From a virus, in the UHGV virus genome UHGV-0110177: 26,194 nt of DNA. One strand, given 5' to 3'. Below the pieces are notes generated by a model, which was not told the DNA's origin, did no database searches, and saw nothing but the letters and a program-made list of their open reading frames with translations. Of this stretch, positions 16,920-24,729 are shown piece after piece. The position numbers were made by a program, and so were the translations under genes. Each line of letters starts with the position of its first letter. Position 1 is the first letter of the stretch.

Positions 16920-17080
16920 TGGATCAACTTTCGCAATACACCACTAACAGGATTATTGAACTGGAAAATCTGCTGCTGGTGGATGTTGAGGAAACGGTCT
17001 GGCCAGCGGAAGTGAAAATGGTTTTTTCTCAGGTTGAGAACGCCGGGGATCTCCCGGCGCACCATAGTTTTCATGGCTGA
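16919..17080 (+). CDS. Possible small protein (53 aa)
   Basis: Not in track; SD GGAGGTGAAG; 1-nt overlap with upstream stop; 3' end overlaps convergent lipoprotein gene by 10 nt. Confidence 0.3.
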   Translation: MDQLSQYTTNRIIELENLLLVDVEETVWPAEVKMVFSQVENAGDLPAHHSFHG

Positions 17081-17475
17081 CCTTCGAAGTTCCATCTTGC
17101 GGAACCCATATTAAAGTAAACTCTCCGATCGGTAAACGCCGGGAATGTCGCTCTTTCAGAAGCTTTTTGCAATGCAGCGCAATAATCTTTGTCACCACCT
17201 TTCACGATAAAATTTTGCAGGGTGCCATCGACTTTGAAATCCAGATGAGCGTTACATTTTTTACCATTCCAGGCATGGGGCTCTGTAAGTGCTGCGTCCA
17301 AAGCTTTTTTTATTCTGGATGAATACCATCCATATATATCCTTATCCGACACTTTACCCGAACTCTTATATTCGCATGATTCCATTGCATTTTCTTTCTG
17401 ACAGCCTGTAGGTGCAAGAGGGGAGCAACCTGCAATGGTTAATGTCACCACAATCAACATTAAAAATTTTATCAT
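17071..17475 (-). CDS. Lipoprotein (signal peptide with lipobox IAGC), 134 aa, reverse-oriented accessory gene
   Basis: N-terminus MIKFLMLIVVTLTIAGCS; opposite strand to surrounding operon; AT-rich upstream region. Confidence 0.65.
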   Translation of the reverse strand: MIKFLMLIVVTLTIAGCSPLAPTGCQKENAMESCEYKSSGKVSDKDIYGWYSSRIKKALDAALTEPHAWNGKKCNAHLDFKVDGTLQNFIVKGGDKDYCAALQKASERATFPAFTDRRVYFNMGSARWNFEGQP

Positions 17476-17550
17476 ATATGTTCCCATCATGCTGAAATTC
17501 AATTTATTGAATTGTATAGTTATTTTCAGAGATTTAAAATATGATAGTTA

Positions 17551-17589
17551 CATTACTTCTTCAGTAATGAAGTGACAGACTTCATTACT
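17551..17589. repeat. Three-arm inverted repeat: CATTACT (17551-57) / AGTAATGAAGT (17563-73) / ACTTCATTACT (17579-89)
   Basis: Perfect 11-bp stem with 5-nt loop and an alternative 7-bp pairing; read directly. Confidence 0.6.
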
Positions 17590-17758
17590 AATGTTTCAAC
17601 TGCACGAAATCTACCATGCAGGGTTTCCTGCTGCGGTAATGCTGTGCCGCCGTCGTTCGCCGCGGCGCTCGTCCGGGTGGATCTGCCCGAACTTTGCCAG
17701 CCGAAAGAAATGGCTGCGTAATGTATAATCCCTCTCAAAGCATCGAGGGGGATTCATC

Positions 17759-18007
17759 ATGTCAGACTGGAACATCGCAGCAAAACCGAAAGACGATCAG
17801 GACAAAATCAACGTGGATTTAGCGGCCAGCGGCGTTGCGTACAAAGAGCGCCTGAACATGCCGGTTATCGCTGAAGTGGTGATGCGCGAGCAGCCAGAGC
17901 ATCTGCGGGACTATTTCCTTGAGCAGTTACGATATTACCGGGAGCAGAGTATTTCTCTGCCAAAAGCATTTGACCCTCGATATCTCAAACAGGAGGAAGG
18001 TAAGTGA
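17759..18007 (+). CDS. Hypothetical protein (82 aa), upstream partner of AT-rich gene
   Basis: SD GAGGGGGA; candidate -10 TATAAT at 17724-17729. Confidence 0.6.
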   Translation: MSDWNIAAKPKDDQDKINVDLAASGVAYKERLNMPVIAEVVMREQPEHLRDYFLEQLRYYREQSISLPKAFDPRYLKQEEGK

Positions 18008-18639
18008 AATTTTCTCGAATCGAACAAAGCCCAATAATGGACAAGGGAAACTACGTTAAAATTGATCATGATTTTGGCTATTTTTTAGATCCGAATAAGA
18101 TGGCTTCGATAGCTAACTATGAAGATGAGTCAGCAGCACTATTAAAATTAATGCTAATTCATGAGGACTTTCTTCGAGTTGTTATTGAGAACTTAAGGCC
18201 TGAGGGTTCAGAGAAGTACAATGCCATCAAAAGCTATAAGTATTTTGCACCGAAGTTGTCAGCTGCCGTTCTCTTAGGGCTTCCTGTATCACTTGCTGAT
18301 GCTATGTCTGAACTCAACAGCATTCGAAACAAGTACGCTCATAAAATTGACTATGTCATTACAAATGAAGAAGTTGACAAGCTTGCGGAAACGATTAAAA
18401 AAATAAAAATCGAAGAAATTAACCACGGTGGCTACATACATCAAGTTATTGAGCCAATCCTTAAGGATGGGATCTACGCAGTGGCTCTGATGAACGATCT
18501 ACCTCCTGATTTGGAAGAAAATCGTCTTCGTATATGCAAATTAGTCACTAGCGCACACTGCATGTGCTTACTGGGGGCTTTTTGGTTAATTAATACTCTC
18601 CACGTTAAGGACAAACTAAAACTTTCCATGTCTGAGTAG
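18004..18639 (+). CDS. AT-rich hypothetical protein with R-x4-H motif (RNKYAH); possible HEPN-like protein (211 aa from GTG; 200 aa from ATG 18037)
   Basis: Low GC compared with neighbours; GTGA overlap with upstream gene; motif read directly, family assignment not verified. Confidence 0.55.
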   Translation: MKFSRIEQSPIMDKGNYVKIDHDFGYFLDPNKMASIANYEDESAALLKLMLIHEDFLRVVIENLRPEGSEKYNAIKSYKYFAPKLSAAVLLGLPVSLADAMSELNSIRNKYAHKIDYVITNEEVDKLAETIKKIKIEEINHGGYIHQVIEPILKDGIYAVALMNDLPPDLEENRLRICKLVTSAHCMCLLGAFWLINTLHVKDKLKLSMSE

Positions 18640-18804
18640 GGCAGGAGGAACGTTTCCACACAATTTATTTTCTGGAATCAACCCGCCATAATCATGTCAT
18701 CGGAGCCTGAACAACTCCGGTGACTTCTGCGCATTTAAGTCCCCTTAAATGCGACCACCATCTCAACTCCTCACCTGCCACAGATGCAAATGCTCTTAAT
18801 GATT

Positions 18805-18828
18805 AAACCCGCTTCGGCGGGTTTTTTT
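18805..18828 (+). terminator. Rho-independent terminator (CCCGC-ttcg-GCGGG then T7)
   Basis: Read directly. Confidence 0.75.
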
Positions 18829-18899
18829 ACGCCTGAAATTTGTGTCTATGGGTTAACAATTCGTGCTCTTAAAACGTTGATCATTTCGCTTTATAGGTA

Positions 18900-18919
18900 T
18901 ACTGTATAAAAACACAGTA
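18900..18919 (+). promoter_or_regulatory. LexA box (TACTGTATAAAAACACAGTA) upstream of dinI
   Basis: Matches CTGT-N8-ACAG SOS box consensus; 19 nt upstream of dinI ATG. Confidence 0.8.
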
Positions 18920-18937
18920 TACGCAGTGGAGGCCACT

Positions 18938-19171
18938 ATGAAAGTTGAGTTAACTATTGATCGAACAAAGAAACTTCCTGATGGTGCAGTGCCAGCATTA
19001 GAAGCCGAACTGTTACGTAGGCTCAGCCAGAACTATGAAGGGGTAAAACTTACAATTCGCCGCGCAGGGGCTGATGGCCTGAGTATTCTGGGGGGTGAAA
19101 AAGGGGACAAGCAGCGCATTGAGGAGATTCTTCAGGAGACCTGGGTAAGCGCCGACGACTGGTTTTACTAA
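18938..19171 (+). CDS. dinI: DinI-like DNA-damage-inducible protein (77 aa)
   Basis: Recalled similarity to E. coli DinI (KQRIEEILQETWVSADDWFY C-terminus); LexA box upstream; SD GGAGG. Confidence 0.85.
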   Translation: MKVELTIDRTKKLPDGAVPALEAELLRRLSQNYEGVKLTIRRAGADGLSILGGEKGDKQRIEEILQETWVSADDWFY

Positions 19172-19288
19172 CATTGCGCTTGGGGCTGGCGCGCATTTTT
19201 TCAGAATACCGCAATTTGTGTATCCCTTTGATGCTGCTGCCGACAATTTTTAACCGCGTCTGTATGTCGCTCGAAGGGAGAATAGAAT

Positions 19289-19537
19289 GTGAGTAATTCA
19301 GCTTTGCAAACGTCAGAAGATAACTGGTATGACATTGTAAGACGGTCTGACGGCTGCGTGGTGTTTAGCTTTCCTTCGTCGGGCAGGCATCTTATCTATC
19401 GCGTCAATGGTATGGTTTCTATGCGGCCTTTGCTGGATGATGAAGAAGTCTTTACTCCCAATGGCTTTATGCAATTTATTCGCCGTCTCGGCTACCGGGT
19501 AACGCCACCTTCTGATAATATGAAATCAACGGTCTGA
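19289..19537 (+). CDS. Hypothetical protein (82 aa, GTG start), downstream of dinI
   Basis: SD AAGGGAG 9 nt before GTG. Confidence 0.5.
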   Translation: MSNSALQTSEDNWYDIVRRSDGCVVFSFPSSGRHLIYRVNGMVSMRPLLDDEEVFTPNGFMQFIRRLGYRVTPPSDNMKSTV

Positions 19538-19574
19538 ACAGCCGTTAACCTGCTGCGCCACGGAGTGAACAACC

Positions 19575-20171
19575 ATGGCGCAAACACTGTATTTTGAAAA
19601 GACCTTCCAGAACGCCCTGATTTCGGTTGATCCCGGAACCAGCGAATTTTTACAACTGTTACCAACAGGACAGTTGCTCACTGGTGAGTTCCGCAAGCCG
19701 CGAAACTACGCATTCCACAAAAAATTCTTCAAGCTATTGTCGCTTGGCTATCACTACTGGACACCAACCGGCGGACTTGTTGAGGAATCAGAGCGGTCGC
19801 TAATCTCCGGGTATATTGATTTCCTGTCATCAAACCCGACACAACGTAACGCGCTCCATAACGCTGCTGATATGTACCTGAATACTGTCGGACTGGTGCG
19901 TTCCCGCGAAGTCGTACTGCTGAAGCATTTCGAATCCTTCCGCGAGTGGGCAACTATTCAGGCGGGATTTTACGACGAATATATCATGCCCGATGGCAGC
20001 CGACGGCGCACGGCTAAATCCATTTCCTTCGCCAGCATGGATGATGCCGAATTTAACGGCGTCTATCAGTCGGTGCTCAACGTTCTCTGGAACTACATAC
20101 TGCGTCGAAAATTCCGTTCAGCGAATGACGTCGAGAACGCCGCCGCCCAGCTCATGAGCTTTGCGGGGTGA
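19575..20171 (+). CDS. Conserved phage protein of unknown function (198 aa)
   Basis: ORF in nin-like region. Confidence 0.6.
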   Translation: MAQTLYFEKTFQNALISVDPGTSEFLQLLPTGQLLTGEFRKPRNYAFHKKFFKLLSLGYHYWTPTGGLVEESERSLISGYIDFLSSNPTQRNALHNAADMYLNTVGLVRSREVVLLKHFESFREWATIQAGFYDEYIMPDGSRRRTAKSISFASMDDAEFNGVYQSVLNVLWNYILRRKFRSANDVENAAAQLMSFAG

Positions 20172-20377
20172 TGGCGATGAAGTATTCATATTTTCACCAT
20201 ACGGAATGCACCACCGAGCAGGCAGAGCGCCTGATTGCCGATTATCGGGCTCGCGGTATCAGGACCGAAAAAAGCCTCAACCCTGATTTCCTTACCTGGA
20301 CGGTCAGCGTGAAATTGCCAGAGTTCGGACGTCCGGCACGGACGCCGAGAACCTTCCGACAAAAGGTCTGGGGGTGA
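20171..20377 (+). CDS. Hypothetical protein (68 aa)
   Basis: ATG overlaps upstream stop (TGATG). Confidence 0.5.
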   Translation: MAMKYSYFHHTECTTEQAERLIADYRARGIRTEKSLNPDFLTWTVSVKLPEFGRPARTPRTFRQKVWG

Positions 20378-20379
20378 TC

Positions 20380-20661
20380 ATGGCTATTTATCGAAATAGG
20401 AAATGGCTCGCTGCCGTTGGTCAGATTGAGCGTTGCGTTCTATGTGGGGCGTGGGGGACGCAAGTAGCGCACCGCAATGAAGGTAAGGGGATGGGGCTTA
20501 AGGTTGATGATTGTGCAACTGCTGCGATCTGCGTGACCTGTCATTCAGAGATTGATAACGGGAAAAACCTCTCTCGTGATGAGCGTCGGCAGTTAATGGA
20601 TCGCGCTATCGTGCTTACTGTCATTGAGATAGTCCGCCGTGGGCTGGTGGTGCCAGTATGA
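20380..20661 (+). CDS. Cys-rich hypothetical protein (CxxC...CxxCH), 93 aa
   Basis: ORF in nin-like region; putative zinc-binding motifs. Confidence 0.55.
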   Translation: MAIYRNRKWLAAVGQIERCVLCGAWGTQVAHRNEGKGMGLKVDDCATAAICVTCHSEIDNGKNLSRDERRQLMDRAIVLTVIEIVRRGLVVPV

Positions 20662-21011
20662 AAATTTACGACATCACGCCGATCGGCAAGCCCAGAATGA
20701 CCAGGGCCGACAAATGGAAAACTCGACCAGCGATCATGCGTTACCGGGCATTCTGCGATGAAGCACGCCTGCGCAAAATTCATCTGCCGGAGTCCGGCGC
20801 CCACGTCACGTTCGTTATGCCGATGCCAGCGAGCTGGAGCAAAAAGAAGCGAGAGCAGTTCAACGGCAAGCCGCACCAGTCAAAACCCGACTGCGACAAC
20901 ATGCTTAAAGCACTAATGGATGCCCTGTTTGATGATGATTCCAGCGTCTGGGATTGTCGCATCACGAAGCTATGGGGCGAGAAAGGGCAGATCATCGAGG
21001 AGGCAAAGTGA
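20658..21011 (+). CDS. rusA: RusA-family Holliday junction resolvase (117 aa)
   Basis: Motif KPDCDNMLKALMDAL resembles the RusA catalytic D-x-D-N block; typical position before Q. Confidence 0.7.
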   Translation: MKIYDITPIGKPRMTRADKWKTRPAIMRYRAFCDEARLRKIHLPESGAHVTFVMPMPASWSKKKREQFNGKPHQSKPDCDNMLKALMDALFDDDSSVWDCRITKLWGEKGQIIEEAK

Positions 21012-21143
21012 AGCCCGAAGTTATTGAGTCTCTTCGCTGGCGCTGGCTGCGTCTTTGCATTTATCGCTACCGGGGATCTTTTCCGGTGGCATACCGCATC
21101 CTTCGCAATTACATCCGCATTGAAGCAAAACGGGAGCATCGAA

Positions 21144-21941
21144 ATGAAGCTTGAGTCCTTACCAAAATATTTTTCGCCTAAATCCATGATGCCCGGCGCT
21201 GTTCCATGCGGTATTTCAGCAGATACGCTGACTATTACTGACGTAATGGCATCCCTCGGGCTACTTTCCGCAAAAGCAGCGGTGGGTATTGAATTGTATC
21301 TGGCAAAAGCCGGGGTTTTATCTTCAGACAATATCATTGCCTACATCAAGAAGCTGGCAGAGCAGCGCGCAGAACGGCACGGATCGCTGCGGAAAATGGA
21401 AGAGAGTGAACGATCAAAATTTCTCGGTATTCTGGCGCGGTATGTTTTCCGCGATTATTCCCTCAGCGCGGCAAGCCTGGTGACGTGCAGTAGCTGTCAT
21501 GGCGCTAAATTTATTGATGCTGAGGTTTTCACGAACAAGGTTACTTACCCGGATGGTAAGCCACCAAAATGGGTAAAAGATACGAAAGGCATTTCTCCTT
21601 CTGACTGGGAAGTGTGGAAATCAGTACGTGAGCAAGTGCGCGTCGTGTGTAAGACGTGCGATGGTAAAGGCCATGTGAAAAACGAATGCCGTTGCCGGGG
21701 GCGCGGAGAAATTCTCGATAAGAAAAAATCAGAGTTGCAGGGCGTTCCGGTTTATAAAAAATGCCCGAGATGCAAGGGAAGAGGTCACCCACGCCTCAAA
21801 GATACCGAGATTTTTAAAGCGCTGGGAGTAACGGAAATGGTATGGCGGTACAACTATAAACAGTTTTTCGATCGGCTGGTGGAGCATTGCCATATTGAGG
21901 AATCCTATGCAGAAAAGGTTCTGGGAAACGTGACTCGATGA
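21144..21941 (+). CDS. Late-gene antiterminator Q-like protein (265 aa) with CxxC zinc-binding motifs
   Basis: Position immediately upstream of promoter plus short terminated transcript and lysis genes; CKTCDGKGH...CRCRGRG...CPRCKGRGH; SD GGGAG 7 nt before ATG. Confidence 0.6.
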   Translation: MKLESLPKYFSPKSMMPGAVPCGISADTLTITDVMASLGLLSAKAAVGIELYLAKAGVLSSDNIIAYIKKLAEQRAERHGSLRKMEESERSKFLGILARYVFRDYSLSAASLVTCSSCHGAKFIDAEVFTNKVTYPDGKPPKWVKDTKGISPSDWEVWKSVREQVRVVCKTCDGKGHVKNECRCRGRGEILDKKKSELQGVPVYKKCPRCKGRGHPRLKDTEIFKALGVTEMVWRYNYKQFFDRLVEHCHIEESYAEKVLGNVTR

Positions 21942-21958
21942 CCGGCATAATTTAGCTA

Positions 21959-21987
21959 TTGCAAAATTAACGGAAAATGGCTAATCT
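21959..21987 (+). promoter_or_regulatory. Candidate late promoter (pR'-like): -35 TTGCAA, 17-bp spacer, -10 TAATCT
   Basis: Hexamers read directly, 18 nt after Q stop. Confidence 0.5.
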
Positions 21988-22035
21988 GATTCCAACGATG
22001 GGTTATTACGCCTGTAACGTTACAAGAATTAAGAA

Positions 22036-22060
22036 CCTCGCCTCGGCGGGGTTTTCTTTT
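22036..22060 (+). terminator. Rho-independent terminator (tR'-like): CCTCGCC-tcg-GGCGGGG then TTTTCTTTT
   Basis: About 66 nt downstream of the candidate late promoter. Confidence 0.7.
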
Positions 22061-22241
22061 ATGGATTCCCGACGCCAATAAGACAAAGTGCGGGGAGTGT
22101 TGCGGAGCCTACATGTTCCAGCCGTCCGCAAAAGCTCACATGGGCAGGACCACAATCTGATACCGCGATAGCTTTTGCTGATCGCGCCGGAGCGGTAACC
22201 GGCAACAATTTAAGCCCCGGTTATTGCCGGAGCTTTCTGTG

Positions 22242-22499
22242 TTAGATATAAATCTCACTCTTACTTAGTGTGGTAAAAGAGGTTTTGGTTGGCGAGTTTA
22301 GTTGAAGATCTGAAATCAACCCGCCAACTTGCTGTTGACCCGATGTAATTACGTAAACATTTACTGTCTGATTTACATAAGTACTGAAATTTCCTGTAGC
22401 ACCCTGACTGATTTGGTGTAGTTGACTAGTCAGATTGTGGCGTTGAACTTCAAACTTAAAGTAAGCATCGTTTTGATGTTGAACACGGAAAATGTACAT
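22242..22499 (-). CDS. Hypothetical Q/N/S/T-rich protein (85 aa), reverse-oriented gene between Q and lysis genes
   Basis: SD AAGGAT before ATG; only ORF in ~650-bp gap. Confidence 0.45.
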   Translation of the reverse strand: MYIFRVQHQNDAYFKFEVQRHNLTSQLHQISQGATGNFSTYVNQTVNVYVITSGQQQVGGLISDLQLNSPTKTSFTTLSKSEIYI

Positions 22500-22623
22500 G
22501 CTTTATCCTTTTTTGTTGAAAAAAATATTAACGGCATTTTGCAATAAGCCTTTAGTTTTTTTTAACAAACTCCAGCCAGGGTATCTTCAGCCGCAGAGCT
22601 GACATTGCCACACCCTCACATTG

Positions 22624-22650
22624 CCAGCCTGTCGCTGGCTTTTTTATTTC
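22624..22650 (+). terminator. Rho-independent terminator (GCCAGC-ctgtc-GCTGGC then TTTTTTATTT) ~100 bp upstream of holin
   Basis: Read directly. Confidence 0.65.
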
Positions 22651-22751
22651 AGGCTCACGGGAATCAATCACTACGTGCTTTGTTGAAAATCCAGCCCGAG
22701 GGCCTGACCCTACAACACACAGCTCCCGCATTTACCGCGAGGAGAGAGACT

Positions 22752-23024
22752 ATGAAGATGGACGAAAGATACAGCAACGCGACATACGGCAGCGCTGGTC
22801 TTGCGGCTTTCTTTGCCAGCCTGTCATTGCAGGACTGGGGCTTCATCATTGGCGTCGCTTTCAGCATCATCCTCGGCGTCCTGACATACAGGCTCAATAA
22901 GCGTGAGCAAATGAAGCGCACGAAGATACTGCAGGACATTCTGAACAAGACTGATTCAAGCAACCCATCTGCTACAGCCAAAGTTCTCGCCGATCTCGGA
23001 CAGAAAGCACCGAAGGAAATCTGA
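22752..23024 (+). CDS. Holin, two TM domains, pinholin-like (90 aa, MKM dual-start motif)
   Basis: Resembles phage 21 S21 pinholin pattern; SD GGAGAGAGA; precedes SAR endolysin. Confidence 0.7.
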   Translation: MKMDERYSNATYGSAGLAAFFASLSLQDWGFIIGVAFSIILGVLTYRLNKREQMKRTKILQDILNKTDSSNPSATAKVLADLGQKAPKEI

Positions 23025-23512
23025 TGAACAGCACCATGCGAAATAAAATTGCTGCCTCCATCGGTGGCGGTGCGATTGCTATCGCAACAGTCATGCTGTC
23101 AGGTAAAGATGGTCTTGAAGGTCGAGAATATGTGGCCTACCGAGATGTTGTCGGAGTGCTGACCATCTGCGATGGCCACACCGGATCCGACATAATCCCC
23201 GGAAAGCGATATACCGATAAGGAATGCGAAACACTAACCCGGAAAGATTTAACGCGTATTGCCGCGCAGGTTGATCCACATATCAAAGTGCCGACTACTG
23301 AAACTCAACGAGCAGCGATTTACTCTTTCGCGTACAACGTTGGCGCTTCTGCGGCCATCAACTCAACACTGCTGAAAAAACTCAATGCCAAAGAATACGC
23401 AGCGGCATGCGAAGAATTAAAGCGTTGGGTGTATGCCGGTGGTAAGAAGTGGAAAGGCCTGATGAATCGTCGCGATGTTGAGTATGAGGTTTGTACCTGG
23501 AGCCAGAAATGA
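23024..23512 (+). CDS. SAR endolysin (T4-lysozyme-like muramidase with N-terminal signal-anchor-release domain), 162 aa
   Basis: Gly/Ala-rich N-terminal TM ([18 protein letters not shown]) followed by catalytic E...D...T ([23 protein letters not shown]). Confidence 0.85.
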   Translation: MNSTMRNKIAASIGGGAIAIATVMLSGKDGLEGREYVAYRDVVGVLTICDGHTGSDIIPGKRYTDKECETLTRKDLTRIAAQVDPHIKVPTTETQRAAIYSFAYNVGASAAINSTLLKKLNAKEYAAACEELKRWVYAGGKKWKGLMNRRDVEYEVCTWSQK

Positions 23513-23976
23513 GCAGGTTAACCGCAATCATCATCGCTTTTGTCGTCTGCATCATCGTATCTCTTGGCTGGGCTGTTAACCACTACCGCGATAACGCCAT
23601 CACCTACAAAGACCAGCGCGATAAAGCCACTGAGAAACTCAGCCTGGCGAACGCCACCATCAAAGACATGCAGACCCGCCAGCGTGATGTTGCTGCGCTG
23701 GATGCCAAATACACGAAGGAGTTGGCAGATGCGAAAGCTGAAAATGATGCTCTTCAGCGTAAGCTTAATAATGGTGGTCGGGTGCTCGTCAAAGGCAAGT
23801 GTCCAGTGCCAGCCTCAACCGAAGCCGCCAGCACCTCCAGCTTGGGCAATGATGCCACCGTCGAACTCTCTCCAGCTTCTGGACGCAACGTTCTCGGTAT
23901 CAGAGACGGAATCATCAGAGATCAGACAGCACTGAGAACCCTTCAGGAATACATCAATACGCAGTGCCTGAGGTAG
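23509..23976 (+). CDS. Rz: i-spanin Rz (155 aa)
   Basis: Strong recalled similarity to lambda Rz ([14 protein letters not shown]...[26 protein letters not shown]); ATGA overlap with endolysin stop. Confidence 0.85.
   Translation: MSRLTAIIIAFVVCIIVSLGWAVNHYRDNAITYKDQRDKATEKLSLANATIKDMQTRQRDVAALDAKYTKELADAKAENDALQRKLNNGGRVLVKGKCPVPASTEAASTSSLGNDATVELSPASGRNVLGIRDGIIRDQTALRTLQEYINTQCLR
23729..23935 (+). CDS. Rz1: o-spanin Rz1 lipoprotein embedded in +1 frame of Rz (68 aa)
   Basis: [19 protein letters not shown] lipobox plus Pro-rich [11 protein letters not shown] as in lambda Rz1; SD GAAGGAG. Confidence 0.75.
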   Translation: MRKLKMMLFSVSLIMVVGCSSKASVQCQPQPKPPAPPAWAMMPPSNSLQLLDATFSVSETESSEIRQH

Positions 23977-24091
23977 AGCTCCGGGGAAGTTTTTTACTAT
24001 GTACTGAAGATAAATCACATTGTTTTAGAGTCGCTTTTGGTAATATAACCTATTATTTATAATAGATTTGTGATGCTTAAGGAGCGATAAA

Positions 24092-24265
24092 ATGAAAAAT
24101 GAACAGTTGGTCCGTAAAGCCGAGGAAGATATTTCTGCCCTCATTACGAAAAAGATTGCGGAGCTAAAAAAGAAAACAGGCAAAGAAGTATCTGAGATCG
24201 TGTTTGTTCCACGTGAGATAATGGCCGGTCTTGATGGATACGAAGTAAAAATTAAGTTGATATAA
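24092..24265 (+). CDS. Small hypothetical protein (57 aa; MKNEQLVRKAEEDISALITKKIAELKKKTGKEVSEIVFVPREIMAGLDGYEVKIKLI)
   Basis: Not in track; strong SD AAGGAG 7 nt upstream; AT-rich promoter-like region upstream; preferred over antisense track ORF 24025..24300. Confidence 0.55.
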   Translation: MKNEQLVRKAEEDISALITKKIAELKKKTGKEVSEIVFVPREIMAGLDGYEVKIKLI

Positions 24266-24421
24266 AAGCGAGTCGGCGTAGTTGTATCTTTTGCGTCCAA
24301 TCAAAGGCCTGTCGACGAATGATGTATGAGATAATGTGGGGGCCTATTGCGCCGTTAAATTTTGGTCAAAAAATGTGCGCTTTATGGTACAATGAAGCCC
24401 ATTCACAAAAGGCCAACCATC

Positions 24422-24586
24422 ATGTCGTTCTTCGATTATGCAATGCAGCGTGTTGGGCTTGTAGCCAATATGACTGTCACGTGTCCAATATGCGGACATA
24501 AATCAATTCAGTCGACCACTAAAGTACGCCAGCAACAGGCGTTACTTTGTCCTGAATGTAAATCACTCTTTGTCATTCACAGATAA
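24422..24586 (+). CDS. Small zinc-ribbon protein (54 aa, CPICG...CPEC)
   Basis: Candidate -10 TACAAT upstream, terminator downstream; start uncertain (ATG 24391 or 24422). Confidence 0.45.
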   Translation: MSFFDYAMQRVGLVANMTVTCPICGHKSIQSTTKVRQQQALLCPECKSLFVIHR

Positions 24587-24610
24587 CACACTCCAATACA
24601 GTTGATTCAG

Positions 24611-24637
24611 GCCCTGCATTAGCGGGGCTTTTTTATT
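24611..24637 (+). terminator. Rho-independent terminator (GCCCTGC-atta-GCGGGGC then TTTTTTATT)
   Basis: Read directly. Confidence 0.65.
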
Positions 24638-24729
24638 GCCATCACCATGGGTAGGTCCATAGTAATGACAGTATCCCCTACAGCGGATAATCAACCAAAT
24701 ATCCCCACTAGCGGATAAAGAGGCTCTCA

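Noticed and set aside
17553-17738. Minus-strand 61-aa ORF
   Set aside because: Overlaps the inverted-repeat element and the promoter region of the plus-strand gene at 17759; no RBS
18791-18802. boxA-like sequence TGCTCTTAATGA just upstream of terminator
   Set aside because: Resembles rrn/lambda boxA, but an 11-mer match is expected by chance in this window and no adjacent boxB-like hairpin or antiterminator gene supports a nut site
24025-24300. Minus-strand 91-aa ORF
   Set aside because: Low-complexity translation; the same interval contains a plus-strand 57-aa ORF with strong SD and upstream promoter-like region
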